A DNA stretch of 64,000 nt from Macrostomum lignano (lineage: Eukaryota). Shown one piece after another: positions 62,536 through 64,000 of this stretch. Each line of letters opens with the position of its first letter. Position 1 is the stretch's first letter. The notes beneath the pieces are model-generated. The model searched no databases. It was given only the letters and a program-made list of their open reading frames with translations, and was not told the origin of the DNA. The position numbers and the translations under genes are program-made. The stretch lies in NCBI GenBank assembly GCA_002269645.1, contig NIVC01002659.1, positions 87,912-151,911 of the forward strand, in the 5' to 3' direction.

Positions 62536-64000
62536 ATGGCGTTAGCTGCGGCGGTCAGCTTCTGTATTGGCCTGATCTGCCTAACGGCTGGTTCATCTTA
62601 CGGCCATCGATTCGTTGCACATTCGACGGGTGCAGATTCCTGTTAATGACACGTACACGTATCTTCAAGGCTGCCACGAGATTACCTGCGTCTGCGATCC
62701 CAACCTGCAGCAGATGTGCAAGAGTGTGCCGAGTGAGTATCTACGAATTATCTTCATGTATCTACCTATGAACTGCTCACTGCTCTACCTATGCTCTACC
62801 TATGAACTGCTCACTAAAAAACTGCTCTACCTATGAACTGCTCTAATTCTATTCACTAAACCTCATCCATAGAGGGCTGTCTGCATCCGCTGGGCACATG
62901 CGTGGACGAGAATGCGCGCTACGAAATGAACACAACGCGAGGAGTTCACGAGTGCATCTGTCGGAGAGAGATAGACGGCAAGAGTCTTGTCGGAACTGAG
63001 TGCACTATCAGTGAGTAGCACTCTTTTAAGCTGTACCGTATCTTCTAAGCTCTTATGGGTTATCATAAAAGCTCGTTGCAGCTTCCACTCTGTCTGCTTC
63101 AACAATTAGCCTCTAGACTATCATCTGACATCAAAGTCGAAGTCGAACAAGCTTTGCAAGAAGAATTCGGATTTCAAACTCTGGAATCATTCTTCTCATC
63201 GCTTTATTGCATCTTTGCCGTGATCAAGTAGAACCACAATTAGAATTCAATGGCTGTATTCCTTGCCTAGTTGTCTCGCTCACTGCAGCGGAAGTATTCT
63301 GCTTGACTTCTTCCCAGGGTATTTTCAAACTATGACTTGCTTTTTAGTCTTTACAAACATCAGTAAGAATTTTTTGGGGAAGGGGGCATCACAAACCCGA
63401 AAAATCACAACTCGAAATATCATAACTTTAAAATTGCTAGCAATGTCCTTTTCGCTTTCGGAGTTATGGAGTCCGTTAATGATCACTTCTGTCCTGTACC
63501 CACTAGAGCGATGTCTGGACGTTGACGGCACGTACAAAAGCGTCGGCGAGCGAGTCACCGTGTCGCTTAGCGGCACATTGTTTGAGTGCACCTGCGGCGG
63601 CCGCATGGATTATTGCAACTGTTCGACTTTGGAGTCGATTCGTAACGCTGACAAATGCCTGGACGTCAATGGGCATTACATCCAGTCTGGTCACCGGGTT
63701 GTTACGCAAAGTGAAAATGGTGAATTTCTAATTTGCACTTGTCGCGGCAGTTCCGGTTACTCTGACTGCATGACCCAGGCCGAGTACGACCATCAGGATA
63801 TGTGCCAGGGCAAGGACCACCAGTGGGTTACCAAGGGCAGCGAATTACGGATCGAATTTCAAGGCGATGATTACATCTGTCGGTGCAACGGTACCAACAA
63901 GCACGCCGGATGTCGCCTAGCAGACGAGGACGCGAACAAGTACCCGGGCCGCTGCAAGACTACCATGGCCGGTTGGTTAAGGCTGGCGGCTACGTTCGGA
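62536..64000 (+). CDS. Secreted protein with tandem 4-Cys fibronectin-type-I-like modules; partial, with apparent frameshifts
   Basis: Exon 1 (62536-62732) has a signal peptide and ends at phase 1 (A|gtgagt). Exon 2 starts at 63507 (tag|AG) and is open to the window end, with three repeats of C-x~6-(Y/W)-x3-G-x~13-C-x-C-x7/8-C. Confidence 0.72.

Overview
Eukaryotic (animal) genomic DNA. GC-rich exons sit in AT-rich spacers, and the introns are packed with minisatellites. This style suggests a flatworm such as Macrostomum, but the taxon is my inference. Genes I could assemble by hand from GT/GC-AG boundaries with matching phases: one exon of a cAMP-receptor-like GPCR (-), a 4-exon zf-3CxxC/RTP-like gene (+), an intronless PPP1R3 glycogen-targeting subunit (+), an intronless TTLL7 (+), a 6-exon slicer-type Argonaute (-) head-to-head with Translin (+), a 7-exon peroxisomal Lon protease (+), a 92-aa secreted peptide precursor (-), and a secreted protein with tandem fibronectin-type-I-like Cys modules that runs off the right edge (+). 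Mobile DNA: a young 5'-truncated RTE-like LINE, an older RTE remnant, a LINE zinc-knuckle tail, a Gypsy RNase H remnant, two CAAGGAC-ended TIR elements with 8-bp target duplications (908 bp and 62 bp) and two tRNA-like SINE heads. More than 25 tandem arrays are present, and most ORFs in the supplied track are repeat artefacts or antisense shadows. Most notable: the Argonaute-Translin pair, a Translin with no ATG that may take its Met from a spliced leader, the FN1-like modules, and minisatellites that copy a splice donor or flank exons on both sides (once in inverted orientation). No CRISPR array or prokaryotic system was found.
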